DNA of 64,000 nt from Lama glama. Its lineage: Eukaryota. The DNA is taken from contig CM052816.1 of assembly GCA_028534125.1 (NCBI GenBank), positions 43,464,001 to 43,528,000 of the forward strand, given 5' to 3'. Positions 35,918 through 49,400 of the stretch are shown here, piece after piece. Below the pieces are notes generated by a model. It worked only from the letters and a program-made list of their open reading frames with translations. It did no database searches and had not been told where the DNA came from. A program made the translations under genes and the position numbers. How positions within the stretch are numbered: position 1 is the first letter of the stretch; each line of letters begins with the position of its first letter.

Positions 35918-37355
35918 GAGACTTCCTTTCCTCTTGGTGACCTCTACCTGTTTCAGAAGCTTTACAGGGTTTCTGTATCCAAACAGTGGGGAGTAACTGA
36001 AATCACTTTGTAGGGATAATGAAATGAATCATCACATTGGTAAATATGATTCTTACAATAAGCACCTGAGTCAGGGTAATTCATCGTCTCTTGGGACAGC
36101 AAGTGGGTTTGAGTCCACTCTTTTGCGTTGTGGGTCTTCTCCCAAGACTCATTATTCACTATTATCATTACCACTACTTTGCCTTTGCCATTATGTCTTG
36201 TTTCCTTTACAAAGAATGGGAAGACAATGCAGTATGCAAGATCCAAGGAGGTTCTGACCTCAGAGAAAGAAAAAGATGTGATCTTCATAGGAAAGTAGGT
36301 ATCTTCCTTAAAATTTGGTAGGATCACTGCCATGTTTACAGGCAAACATTACCTTCTACTCTTCTTAAATACAACAGAGTGCCTAAAGTAATGTCAGGCA
36401 CGTTGGAGGTGTTTAATACGGAGCTTGATCGCCGAATTCCACAATGGTGTAAGAATGGTCATTTGCACTAGGGAGTGATTCTGAATGAAGATCTGATGCC
36501 TGTGCATTAAGAGGGGTAGCATTCTGCCCATCAGGGGAGAAGTCGGGTGGCATGGTGCCTCACTTCTCACCCAGCAGGCCTTGGGGATTGTCGAAGTTTA
36601 AAAAGTTACTGGCCCACTCTGTCCTTGATACTGAAGAGAAAAGCTAAGTTGAGAGGTATTAAATATCAGAATTAGTTACCAAAGGCAGTAACCCTGGAAA
36701 ACATGAGAAAACTACTGCATAACTCTGTTTAAAAAGAAAAGAAAAAAACAACTTTTGCTTGGTTCAATTTTGTTGAAAGTTTAGAAAAAAGGTATAACCT
36801 CTTTAAAAGGCTTACAAGAAGTTTCTAGGGAAGTTAATTAGTAATCTTTACTGTTATGGGAATAATGGTAACTTTTGCAGCTTCAAAGGGTTCTGGAATG
36901 AATGATTAAAAACTTACTGTCCGGGGCTCCGCTCGCTGTTTGCAAGAGAGGCGGCCGTGCTTTGACACAGTGTGCTGGGCTGCTCAGGGGGTTGGTGGAA
37001 GACTGTCTCACAATGTTCTTTGTCCAATTGAAAGGGAGCTGCTGGTAGTCAAGCCATGTGAAAGAAGTGTGACTGTGCAAAAAGAGGCACAGAGGGACGT
37101 CCATCCAGGAAGCTTAGGCAAGACTCAGGGGACCTTAAGGCCTGCCTTTCCTTCACATGAGAGAGTATGAATCAAAACCTGCTGTTTTAGTTCCGTAGTC
37201 CAAGATGGTTGACCAAGTTGCCACAAACCATGAATCTCTAGACAAGTAGTGTGTCTTGTTATTGTTGTTACTTTTTGTTTGTTTGTTTTAATATGGAAAA
37301 AACCCAAGTGTTTTTCTTAATGAAGCATAATATTAGATTAAGAACTGCTCGGTAA

Positions 37356-37711
37356 TGTTAGTTCGGGCTGATATAACAAAAATACTGTAGACTGGGTGGC
37401 TTAAACAACAAACATTTATTTCTCACAGTTTTGGAGGCTGGGAAGTCCCAGATCAAGGCATCAGCAAATTTAGTGCCTGGTGACGGCCCGTTTCCTGGAT
37501 GATAGATAGCTATCTTCCTGCTGTGTTGTCACATGGTAGGAGGGGTGAGGAGGTGCTCTGGGATCTCTCTTATAAGGCACTAATCCTATTCATGAGGGCT
37601 CCACTTTCACGGCCTAATCACCTCCCAAGACCTACCTCCAACTACCATCACATTTGAGATTAGGTTTTGACATACACATTTTGGGGAGACACAAACATCC
37701 AGTCTATAGCA
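37356..37711 (-). mobile_element. MLT1A-like solo LTR with a 5-bp TSD
   Basis: TG...CA ends; actgggtggcttaaacaacaaacatttatttctcacag...; TSD ggtaa (37351-37355) and gataa (37712-37716), one mismatch. Confidence 0.92.
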
Positions 37712-38034
37712 GATAATATTTAAAGGCCAGAAAATAACAAACCCAACCCTTAAGAATTATTTCAACCTAAATTTATTAAACAAAAATTAGTATTTGTGTT
37801 CTATCTTTAATATACGTTTTCATTTATACGTGTTTATGATTAAATAGGATGACTTCCTGTTTCTAACTTTCATGCTTCCTGACCTCTGAAATGGAAGCTT
37901 AACCTCCTTCTTCTTTTGGTGGCATCGCCCCTAACTGAGGCATGGAACTCAGGGGAAGTAATCACAGAAGGAATCTCTTCACCCCAGACAGTTTTAAGCA
38001 GAGTCTTGGCAGAAGGCAGGAATGAGTGGCCTAT

Positions 38035-38422
38035 GAGCTAGAGTTCTTTAGTTGTAAGCAACAGAACTGATCCTGGCTGATTTAGGCAACAGGGAATTTA
38101 TGACAAAAATGTAAGAGAATGCTCAGGCTCAATAGGAAGTCTGGAAATCCCAAGCTTGGACAGGGCAGCTCTAGGAATTCGGGTTGCAGTCTCCTGGCAT
38201 CAGTGCTGGGACAAATGAACCCAGCTGACTTCATTCCTTACATCTTCCTGCTCAGGACTGCATTCCTGCAAAAAGGAGCAGGTCCTAAGCTAAAGATGGA
38301 GGAAGACACTTTGTTCACAGAAGACTTTATGCCTTGGGGGTTGTTTCCTAAGGTAAAACTCAGGCGCAGTCATCGAAGAAGGAGGAGAGAGGTCAAGTGG
38401 GCAAGAATAACAGATGTACAAA
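38035..38422 (-). mobile_element. Very old MLT1-type LTR (MLT1L/M/N-like)
   Basis: gttctttagttgtaagcaacagaactgatcctggctgatttaggcaacagggaattta start motif. Confidence 0.55.
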
Positions 38423-38770
38423 ATTGGAAAGAATAAGGAGGGGCTGAGATTCTTCCCCCATTCTTCCCATCACAGGGTAGAGTTGAGTCTATGATTTAGT
38501 TGTTTGGCTCACCCTGACCCTCAGCCTCTAACTCTGTTGCTCACATGCTCAGCTTTAGCAAGCGTTACATTTCTCAGTGGGTACATTGCTGAGGGGATGC
38601 TGATAATTCATTTATTTATTTGACTTTATTTTGTATGTGGAAGATCTGCCACACTTGTAAGGAAAACTACGGAAAGCTGTCAATACCCAGTTTAACGCTC
38701 CGATAAATAATACCCTATTTGTCATTTCAAAACCATTTCTTTCTCCTTGCCCCACCTTTGTATTCACTGA

Positions 38771-38810
38771 CGTGTGTGTGTGCACGCACACACACACACA
38801 CACACACACG
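38771..38810. repeat. (TG)n-(CA)n compound microsatellite
   Basis: cgtgtgtgtgtgcacgcacacacacacacacacacacacg. Confidence 0.95.
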
Positions 38811-39361
38811 AACATTTCTGGAAAGTAATTCCAGACACATGATGGAAATGGTGAAGGCGATGACAGTTAGGAGTTTCCCAGGTTTCACAGGTGTATTAGC
38901 CATCAAAGGGTAGGAGGAAAAAATTTGAATTTTTGTGATTCTTGACCCTTCATTCTCAACTGATTAGTTCACATGGATTTAGCATGATTGCCCCTGCTGT
39001 TAGTCTTCTAAATCTTTTGCTCTGTTGTTGGTGATAAAGAGAAAATGCTTTTTTACTGAAATTCATACACTTCATTACTCTAACCTAGTCCACAGGATAC
39101 ATGCAGTGTGTGATCACATAGAATCCTTTTTAAAAAGCAGCAAATCCTCTTCTTTTAATTTTGTGTAAAGAAAATTCTAAGCAAAGTTTAATTTTTTAGC
39201 TCAAAACAGAATTGTGGGCTAGTTGTTGTTGTTGTTGTTTTTGCAAAGCTTGTGGCAGTACACACCAGCTGAGAATAAATGGTATAATTCTAAGGGTATT
39301 TGGGGGATATGTAATCTCAAAAATTTGAGTTTCCATTATCCACTGGTGGCTGCTTCCCTTA

Positions 39362-39605
39362 GTAACAAAGGTTAACATTTATTGAGCAGTTGCTAACTGC
39401 CAGGCACTATGCTAAATGCTTTTCATGAAAAAAAGTTTAATTTCCACAAAAATCTTAAGAGGTCTGTACCATTGGTCTCTCAGTTTTACAGATGATGCAA
39501 CTGAGGTCCAATGAGATAAAGTAATATTTAGCAGTGAAGCTTGGATTTAAATTCAGGAAGCTGACAGACCTTTGTTTAAACTCATAACTAGTACACCTCA
39601 CTGTA
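39362..39605 (-). mobile_element. MIR SINE
   Basis: aacatttattgagcagttgctaactgccaggcactatgctaaatgcttt...ttttacagatgatgcaactgagg. Confidence 0.88.
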
Positions 39606-40935
39606 TTTCTTCTCTTGCTGTGGGATAAAATTTAGGGAACACATTAGCTTTTATGTTTTTTTTCTATTGCTTTTTATCACCTGGTCATTCTCCCATTAAA
39701 GTTGGAATCTTGCAGCACCTGCTGCTTGGGAAGAGGTCTTTATAGTAGAACCCTCCATGGGAAATTAGGTAAATTCTTGGTTTTTGAGTTTCAGAAAGAT
39801 GCAGGCATTGGATAAGAAGATGTGGAAGATCATCTAAGGATAGTTCGTTATCAGAACCCAGATCCTCCCTCTCTTATAATGTTTGCTGGTGAGGGAGGGG
39901 CCATGTCTAAAAGAGAAGAGAATCAGGCTGAAGCTGGAAGGGTGTTGGTAGGTCCTGAGAAGGGAATTTTTGGATTGAGTCCTAATACAGGGATGAGAGC
40001 CATTGATAGAATGCCCAGATTTGCTACTTCATATAACAGGAGTTTAAAATAGAAATTAAGCTCTATGGCAAGTGGAATAGTTTTATCACCCGTAAACCTG
40101 AGTTTTGCTGGAGGTTTACTCCCTCTAAACTCCAAAAAGCCCATCAAGCCCTTTTCTTAGAAGTTTTATAAATCCATTAAAGCAGAAAGAAAATAAATAC
40201 CCAATGACTAAACTGAGGTCAAATCAAATCAGTAGGAAAACCAATTTTCTAAATACAGACAATCCTCACTTTGCATGGTTCAGATATGTGTGAATTTCAG
40301 TCACCATAGTTTAGTTAGGTAACACCAGTCTTCCAACAAAATATTCGAAATTTCAGTTACCACAGTGTACTAATCTTGAGTAATTATCTAAACACAAACT
40401 TTGCTGCTAGCTCTCCAGCCCACAAATCATGAAGTGAAAAACAAATGCTTTCTTTTTTGTGGTGGAGTCGTATTCCATTGTGTATATATGTCACATCTTC
40501 TTTACTCACTCATCCACTGATGGGTGCTTAGGTTGTTTCCATGTCTTAAGCTATTATAAACAATGCTGCAGTGCACATAGGGGTGCACGTGTCTTTTCAA
40601 ATTAGTGTTTTTATGTTCTTCAGATAAATACCCAGAAACGGCATATTTGGGTGACATGGTAATTCTATTCTTTTTTTTAATTTTATTTTTGAGGAATCTT
40701 TGTACTGTGTTCCATAGTGGTTGTACCAACTTACAGTCCTATCAATACTGTACAGTGTTCCCTTTTCTCCAAATTCTCTCCAACATTTGTTATTTCTTGT
40801 CTTTTTGATAATAGCCATTCTAATAGGTGTGAAGTGATACGGTATTGCGGCTTTGATTTGCATTTTCCTAATAATTAGTGATGTTGAACATCTTTTCATG
40901 TGCTTGTTGGCCATCTGTATTTTTTTTTGAGAATG

Positions 40936-43900
40936 TATTTTATTTATTTTATTTTTAAACATTTTTTATTGAGTTATAGTCATTTTATAATCTTGTGTCA
41001 AATTCCAGTGCAGAGCACAATTTTTCAGTTATATATGAACATACATATATTCATTGTCACATTTTTTTCGCTGTGAGCTACCACAAGATCTTGTATATAT
41101 TTCCCTGTGCTATATAGTATAATCTTGTTTCTCTGTTCTGCATCTACCTGTCAGTATCTACAAATTTTGAACTCCCAGTCTGTTCCTTCCCACCCCCTGC
41201 CCCCTTGGCAACCAGACGTTTGTATTCTATGTCTATGAGTCTGTTTCTGTTTTGTATTTATGTTTTTTTTAGATTCTACATATGAGCGATCTCATATGGT
41301 ATTTTTCTTTCTCTTTCTGGCTTATGTCACCAAGAATGACATTCTCCAGGAACATCCATGTTGCTGCAAATGGTGTTATGTTGTCAGTTTTTATGACTGA
41401 ATAGTATTTCATTGTATAAATATACCACATCTTCTTCATCCAGTCATCTGTTGATGGCCATTTAGGCTGTTTCCATGTCTTGGCTATTGTAAATAGTGCC
41501 GCTATGAACATTGGGGTGCAGGTGTCTTTTTGAAGTAGGGTTCCTTCTGGATATATGCCCAGGAGCTGGATTCCTGGGTCATATGGTAAGTCTATTCCTA
41601 GTCTTTTGAGGAATCTTCATACTGTTTTCCACAGTGGCTGTACCAACCTGCATTCCCACCAGCAGTGTAGGAGAGCTCCCTTTTCTCCACAGCCTCTCAA
41701 GCATTTGTCATCTGTGGACTTTTGAATGATGGCCATTCTGACTGGTGTGAGGTGATACCTCATTGTAATTTTGATTTGCATTTCTCTGATAATTAGTGAT
41801 ACTGAGCATTTTTTCATGTGCCTATTGATCATTTGTATTTCTTCCTTGGAGAATTGCTTGCTTAGGTCTTCTGCCCATTTTTGGATTGGGTTGTTTGTTT
41901 TTTTTTCTATTAAGTTATATGAGCTGCTTATATATTCTAGAGATCAAGCCTTTGTCGGTTTCATCGTTTGCAAAAACTTTCTCCCATTCTGTAGGTTGTC
42001 GTTTTGTTTTACTTATGGTTTCCTTTGCTGTGCAGAAGCTTGTAAGTTTCATTAGGTCCCATTTGTTTATTCTTGCTTTTATTTCTATTGCTTGGGTAGA
42101 TTTTTGAGATGTATGTCAGATAATATTTTGCCTATATTTTCTTTTAGGAGGTTTATTGTATCTTGTATTATGTTTAAGTCTTTAATCCATTTTGAGTTTA
42201 TTTTTGTATATGGTGTAAGGGAGTGTTCTAGCTTCATTGATTTACATGCTGCTGTCCAGTTTTCCCAACACCATTTGCTGAAGAGACTGTCTTTATTCCA
42301 TTGTATATTCTTGCCTCCTTTGTTGCAGATTAGTTGACCAAAAGTTTGTGGGTTCATTTCTGGGCTCTGTATTCTGTTCCATTGGTTCATATAAGTGTTT
42401 TTGTACCAATACCATGCTGTCTTGATGACTGTAGCTCTATAGTATTGTCTGAAGTCTGGGAGAGTTATTCCTCCAGCCTCTATTTTTCTTCAGTAATGCT
42501 TTGGCAATTCTAGGTCTTTGGTGGTTCCATATAAATTTTATTGGTTTTTCTCTAGTTCTGTGAAATATGTCCTGGGTAATTGGATAGGGATTGCATTAAA
42601 TCTGTAGGTTGCCTTGGGCAGTATGACCAATTTAACACTATTTATTCTTCCAATCCAGGAGCATGGGATATCTTTCCATTTTTTAAAGTCTTCTTTAATT
42701 TCCTTCATCAATGGTTTATAGTTTTCTGTGTATAAGTCTTTCACTTCCTTTGTTAGATTTATTCCTAGGTATTTTATTACTTTGGGTGCTNNNNNNNNNN
42801 NNNNNNNNNNNNNNNNNNNNNNNNNNNNNNNNNNNNNNNNNNNNNNNNNNNNNNNNNNNNNNNNNNNNNNNNNNNNNNNNNNNNNNNNNNNNNNNNNNNN
42901 NNNNNNNNNNNNNNNNNNNNNNNNNNNNNNNNNNNNNNNNNNNNNNNNNNNNNNNNNNNNNNNNNNNNNNNNNNNNNNNNNNNNNNNNNNNNNNNNNNNN
43001 NNNNNNNNNNNNNNNNNNNNNNNNNNNNNNNNNNNNNNNNNNNNNNNNNNNNNNNNNNNNNNNNNNNNNNNNNNNNNNNNNNNNNNNNNNNNNNNNNNNN
43101 NNNNNNNNNNNNNNNNNNNNNNNNNNNNNNNNNNNNNNNNNNNNNNNNNNNNNNNNNNNNNNNNNNNNNNNNNNNNNNNNNNNNNNNNNNNNNNNNNNNN
43201 NNNNNNNNNNNNNNNNNNNNNNNNNNNNNNNNNNNNNNNNNNNNNNNNNNNNNNNNNNNNNNNNNNNNNNNNNNNNNNNNNNNNNNNNNNTGCATTAAAT
43301 CTGTAGGTTGCCTTGGGCAGTATGACCAATTTAACACTATTTATTCTTCCAATCCAGGAGCATGGGATATCTTTCCATTTTTTAAAGTCTTCTTTAATTT
43401 CCTTCATCAATGGTTTATAGTTTTCTGTGTATAAGTCTTTCACTTCCTTTGTTAGATTTATTCCTAGGTATTTTATTACTTTGGGTGCTGTTTTAAAGGG
43501 GATTGTTTCTTTACTTTCTTTTTCTGTTGATTCATCGTTAGTGTAAAGAAATGTAACTGATTTTTGAATGTTAATCTTGTAACCTGCTACCTTGCTGAAT
43601 TCTTCAATCAGCTCTAGTAGTTTTTGTGTGGACCTTTTAGGGTTTTCTATATGTAGTATTGTGTCATCTGCATATAGTGACACTTTTACCTCTTCTTTTC
43701 CAATTTGGATCCCTTTTATTTCTCTCTCTTGCCTGATGGCTGTGGCTAGGACTCCCAAGACTGTGTTGAATAGGAGTGGTGATAGTGGGCATCCTTGTCT
43801 TGTCCCAGATTTTAGTGGGAAGCTTTTGAGTTTTTCACCATTGAGTACTATGCTGGTTGTTGGTTTGTCATATAAGCTTTTATTATGTTCCCTCTATATC

Positions 43901-43941
43901 CACTTTGGTGAGAGTTTTTAATCATAAATGGGTGTTGAATT
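40936..43941 (-). mobile_element. Young lineage-specific L1, 5'-truncated within the reverse transcriptase domain, ORF2 broken
   Basis: ORF2 RT peptides [46 protein letters not shown] and [14 protein letters not shown]-terminal [15 protein letters not shown]-rich tail at about 40936-40970. Confidence 0.96.
42791..43290. other. 500-N scaffold gap flanked by an identical 199-bp duplication
   Basis: 42592-42790 equals 43291-43489 (tgcattaaatctg...tttgggtgct). Confidence 0.97.
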
Positions 43942-46274
43942 AAGTGTCCTATGATGGATGAATGGATAAAGATGTGATATATAAATACAATGGCATACTA
44001 CTCAGCCATAAAAAGGATGAAATCCTGCCATTTGCAACAACATGGATGGACTTTAATGGTATTATGCTCAGTGAAATAAGTCAGACAGAAAATGATAAAT
44101 GTTGTATAATGTTACTTATGTGGAATTTAACAAAACAAAACAAATAATATAAAACAAAACAAACTCATAGATACAGAGATCAGATTATTGGTTTCCAGAG
44201 GAGAAGGGGTTTCAGGGGTGGGCAAAATGGCTGGAGGAGGTCAAGTGTATGGTGATGATGAATGGTAACTGGACCTGTGGTGGTGGTATTCACTTTGTAG
44301 TGTATACAGATGTCAAGTTATAATGCTATACATTATATACATATGTACATATGTATGGCAGATGTACCTCATGATCAGTGACAGTCACATCACTTTATTC
44401 AATACTCGTCAGTGACTGGTCACTATGCATCTGTTATTCAGTTCATGTACAGACAGCAAAGTGCTTGGTGGTGGTGTGTTTTGTCTCCCTGTGATGATAC
44501 ACTCACATGACTTTTTACAAAAATTGATTACTGAAACAGAGAATTGACTAATAAAGATGAAAGTGTAGCAAAGAAACAAAAAAGTGATGACTCTGGAAGT
44601 AAAATTGGAAAATGGCTGTGAAGAAAAGAATGAAGATGTCCCAGACGGAGTTATATTAGTAAAAAACAGAAACAAAAACCTCCATATTAAATAACTCTTA
44701 GAGATATTATACAATGTTTAAGTCAAATAACAAAGAACAAAATGTTAGAAGCTGACCCAAACTTAGAAGTGTGATGATTTAGTAAGACAGAAAACAAATT
44801 TCTAGAGGTCACAAAATAATCATAATTTCTCATTGGTTATTAAAATGACTTGCATGGTTTCAGCTTGCATGGTCATTTTTATGGTCCCACCCTACTGTGC
44901 AATGTGAAGGCTATCCATATCCAGAAATGCTCCTTTTCCTACATATTTAAAGTCAACCTCAGAATATCTCCATCTCAAAAAACTGCACACCGAAAAATTC
45001 TCATGCTGCTCTCAAGAGTAGTCCTGAAATTGGTGTTTTCACTGTGCAGATAAAGGAAGAGAAAAATGTGCTGTGAACTACGTCCTGAGGCGTTGGGAGT
45101 CCTCTAGGAGCAAGCTTAGTAAATGACTTCTCTCCAACAAGCGTTTTTGTCCACATGTCCCCCTCTGTTGTTTAATAGTCCTTTGTGGTTGTCATTGGTC
45201 ACTTTGCTATTGTTAGTACGTTATTTCTGAAGTGAGCCTATGGTCATTGCATGGTATGTTTACAAACCCAGTCATTGAACTGTGGTCATTACTGCTCATT
45301 CTCTCTGTCATGTTTAATGTGGAAATATGCCTTGTGGGATATGGAACAATCAGACACTTATATTAACAGAGAGGATAACAGATGTACTCTTCTTTTATTT
45401 TCTCTGGGATTCTATTAGATAATCTGAAGACTACCTGAAGTTTAAAAATATTTCACCAAAAATGCTTAATGCAAGAAAAAGTTTTATTTTCCACATATGA
45501 TGTTTCTCAAGACAACCTTCAAGTTCTCTTAGAAAAAAAGGTTAAAACTTTTAAATAAACCATTTAATACATGCAAAAGTATTCTTGCCTAAAAACCCTT
45601 TAAATACAGTTTTATGTGTAAATATCAGTGTCTTTAAGAAAATGAAGAAAAGACAAAAAAGGAAATTGGGGAAATGGATATTTGTTAAGTAGCTTATAAA
45701 TCCTAGTCTTTTGCAAGATTGGTAAATTTGTTTTATAATTTCATGAAAGGTACATACCAGGTATTGTATCTGTGTGTGTTCTTGAAACATTTGAAAGTGT
45801 GCAAGATGATTAACTATTTTCATTTTTTCTCTTTATCCTGTCCCATAACACATATTTGGAGTACTACAGTTTTTGAGTATGGAAAATTCTGTTTTATATT
45901 TATGGGACCGTTTCACTCAAGAAACCCCAGGCACATACCTAACATTCTAGACGTTAATCTACTAAATTCTCTATTAAAATGATGTCAACTTTTAATATTA
46001 AATGGAAAAAATTGGGACCATCTTAATTTCTACTCCAGCACAATGATGTAGGGGGTTTGAAAGAATGTCGCCAACTATAATGCCTATAAGAGATAGATTT
46101 ATTTATTTATTTATTTATTTATTTAGCTTTTAGAACAAAATACCACACTTGTGCTAACTGGAAAAGTCAAGGTGGCAGTCCAAATGCCAGCACTAAATAA
46201 ATCCACTTACGTGTTTATAGGGAATGAGGCTATGACTGGAGATATTCTCTAACATCTGAGGCAAGAGATTACTG

Positions 46275-46385
46275 AATCTTAGGATCTTAGAAGAAGTAGA
46301 TCCCTTCCAGACAACCCATAATTTTACAAGATGAGAAAACTAAGGCTGAAGGAGTGAAGCTGGACTCAAGATCATAAACTGATGC
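46275..46385 (-). mobile_element. MIR/MIR3 fragment
   Basis: ataattttacaagatgagaaaactaaggctgaaggagtgaag. Confidence 0.6.
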
Positions 46386-46401
46386 CTTATTTGGTGATTG
46401 C

Positions 46402-49400
46402 ACTTCTATTTCAGGACATATTAGCAAAACTGGTATAAGAGTTAACTTTGCTCTAAATAATCATAAAATTGGAAAATATACATGAAGATACAGTTTTTAG
46501 GCATTTGGAAATGGACAGCACAAGACTATAATTCTTAGAATGAAGCCCAAGAGGTAAACTTCATGTTTACTCCAGCTTTCTGATTAGTGGCACTTTCTTT
46601 CTAGACTATGGTGAGGCTCAAGTGGAGAGTGTCAATCTTGCTTAGCTGAGAAGGCAGAGCTCAGAATTTAGGTATGCTAAAGTAGCTGGAATATGTGGGC
46701 CAGGGTCCTAGAGAGGAGGAGGCTATCAAGGTTGTGTATAGGTTCTGCTTGGGTCTTTTGCCAAGGGTTGGGCTATGCATATGTGGAATAAGACTCTAAG
46801 GCCAAGCAGAGAGAGACCAGTGGGGTCAGAAAGCTGATTGGAATTCTCAAAGATCATGCAATGCTGGAAGACACTGGAATTCTAGCCCAGTCAAAATGGG
46901 CTGACACTTAGTTGAGAACTCCAAAAGGCCGTATTTTAAGAGTAAGGACCACAACTTAGAGGAAGGTCACACTCCTAGTTAAAAAATACACTAAAATAGA
47001 ACCATACTAACAAAGCTTAAAACCAAGTGTGACTGAATTAAAGGATGTGCCAGTAAATTATCTGACTGCCAGATAATATACTTTAATGAAGACAATATAA
47101 TACAAACTTCCTACAAGGTATTATTCACAACACCCAACATATAAAAATTTATATTAAACATATGAAAAAAAGCAGTAAACTAAACCACAAGCAAAAGAAA
47201 AATCAGTCATTCTAAGTAAACCCTGAAATGGCCAAGCTATTGGAATTGGAAAACAAGCATTTTATAATGGTTACTGTAAATGTGTTCAAGAGTTGAAAGG
47301 GAAAGATGGTCAAATTGAATGGACAGACGATGAATCTTAGCATGAAATGGAAAATTTGAAGAAGAGTCAAATGGAACTTCTAGCATTGCAAAATAAGATA
47401 TCTGAATAAGATAAGAACTTCACTGAGTGGGTTAAAGGGCGTACTGGACAGTGCAGAAGAAAGAGTCAGCAAATCTTAAGATAAGTCAATAGAAGTTACT
47501 CACACTGAAGAACACAGAGGAAAAAGGATTGGCAAGGGGAGAATAGAGCCTCGGTGACCTGTGGGAAAATATTAAATAGCCTAAGATACATGAAGCTAGA
47601 GTTTCTAAAGGAAAGGAGAAAGAGAATAGGGGCAGAAAAACTATTTGAAAAGACAATGGTCCCCAGTTTTTTAAATTGTGTGAAAAACATCCATTTTTAG
47701 ATCTAATTCAAGCAAGATAAATACAAAGAAAATTATACTTAGACATATAATAATCAACTTGCTGTAAGCCAGAGATAAAATATTGACCACAGCCAGAGAA
47801 GAAAATTTAAAGAAAAAAGAGAGACAGAGAGAGAGAGAGAAAGAAAGAAAGAAAGAAAGAAAAGAAAGAAAGGAAGAAAGGAAAGAAAGGAAAGGAAGGA
47901 AGGAAGGAAGAAAGAAAAAGGCATTGCATGATGGGGAACAAAATAATGACTACTGTCTTCTTATGAGAAAGAATGAACGTCAGAAAACAATTAAATGAGG
48001 TCTTTTAGTTTCAGAAAGAAAAAAAATTGCCTATCAATATTGAATTCAATGTGTAGTGAGAATATCCTTAAAAATGGGACTGAAATAATCAGATATTCTT
48101 AAATAAATGAAACTTTTGAGACTTCATTGTCAACAGATTCATACTAGAAAAAATGCCAAAAAAGGAAGAAAAATTCCTCAGTGTGATAAACAAGATTTTA
48201 AAAAAATCTCTGCAGCTAACATCATACTTAATAATAAAAACTGGACAGGTTTACCCTGCAACAAGGCAAGGATGTCCACTCTCATAGATGTTCACTTTCA
48301 TAAGTTCCATTCAACATTATCTTGGAGGCTCTAGCTAGTGCAATAAGGTTAAAAAAAGAGAACAAAAATGAAAATAAATAAAAAGGAATAAAGGACATGA
48401 AGAATAAAAAGAAAAAGTGTCAAGCTGTGTTTCTTTGCAGATGGAATAATAGTGTATGTAAAAAACTTTCAGAAAACTATATAAAAACTACTAGAACTAA
48501 CAAGTGATTTAATAAAGTCCCAGAATGCAAGGTCAATAGATAAAATTATTTGTATTTCTATATTATAACAAGAAATAATTTGAAAATAAAATTTAAGAAA
48601 ATAGTAACATTTATCAGCAAAATCCATAAAATAAATAATAATAAATTTAGCGAAAAATACTCAAGACTTCTATACTGAAATCTTCAAAACAATGCTGATA
48701 ATAACTAAATAAAACGTAAATAAAGAAGAATTATATCTTGTTCATGGATGGAAGACTCAATATTGTTAAAATGTCACTTCTGCCCAAATTGATCTATAGA
48801 TAGAGTTAACACAATTCCAATGAAAATTACAGTAGCCCCCTCTCCTTTCGAAGAAAACATCATTTATATAGAAATAAAAAAAGACCTAGAAGAGTCAGTT
48901 TTGGAAAAGAATAAAGTTGGAGGCGTTTACCTGATTTTGAGACTTACTCTAAAACTGCAGTGATCAAGACAATATATTATTGGCATTATGATAGAAAAAT
49001 ATATCAATGGTACAGAAGAGAGAGTCTAGAAATAAGCACACATATATATGGTCAATTAATTTTGACCAAGATGCCACTGCAATTCAATGGGGGAATGGAA
49101 AAGATTTTCAACAAATGATGCTGGAACAAATGGATAAACATATCGAAAACGTGACTCTCAATCCGCCTTCACACTAAACACAAATTAATTTGAGATTGAC
49201 TATAAATTTGAAGGTAGAAGTATAAAGCTTCTAGAAGAAAACCTTGAATAAGACTGTACTATTGAGACAGGCAAAGATTTCTAAGAATGCAAAAAGCATG
49301 AACCATAAAATTTGTAAATGATTAAATTAGACCTCATCAAAATTAAAACTGTCTGATAATCAAAAGACACTGGTAAGAAAAGGCATACAATACGCTTAGG

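Larger units (their letters stand above)
40448..44340 (+). mobile_element. Older 5'-inverted L1: inverted ORF2-end segment 40448-40935 (minus) and 3' end 43942-44340 (plus)
   Basis: ORF 40597-40962 ([17 protein letters not shown]) on minus; plus-strand 3'UTR (ORF 43962-44147, ILPFATTWMD..IMLSEISQ). About 80 nt are shared by the two pieces in inverted orientation. Confidence 0.75.
40256..44917 (+). mobile_element. TcMar-Tigger element (Tigger13a-like), in two pieces (40256-40447 and about 44358-44917) separated by nested L1s
   Basis: TIRs cagacaatcctcactttgca and tgcaatgtgaaggctatcca, both TA-flanked. Internal transposase-like remnant (aaagatgaaagtgtagcaaagaaacaaaaagtgatgactctggaagt). Sequence is continuous across the insert at acaaatg/gcagatg. 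Confidence 0.85.

Noticed and set aside
42538..43758. 406-aa ORF and other ORFs spanning the Ns
   Set aside because: L1 ORF2 RT fragment, inflated by the N-gap and its duplicated flank; not a host gene or an intact L1.
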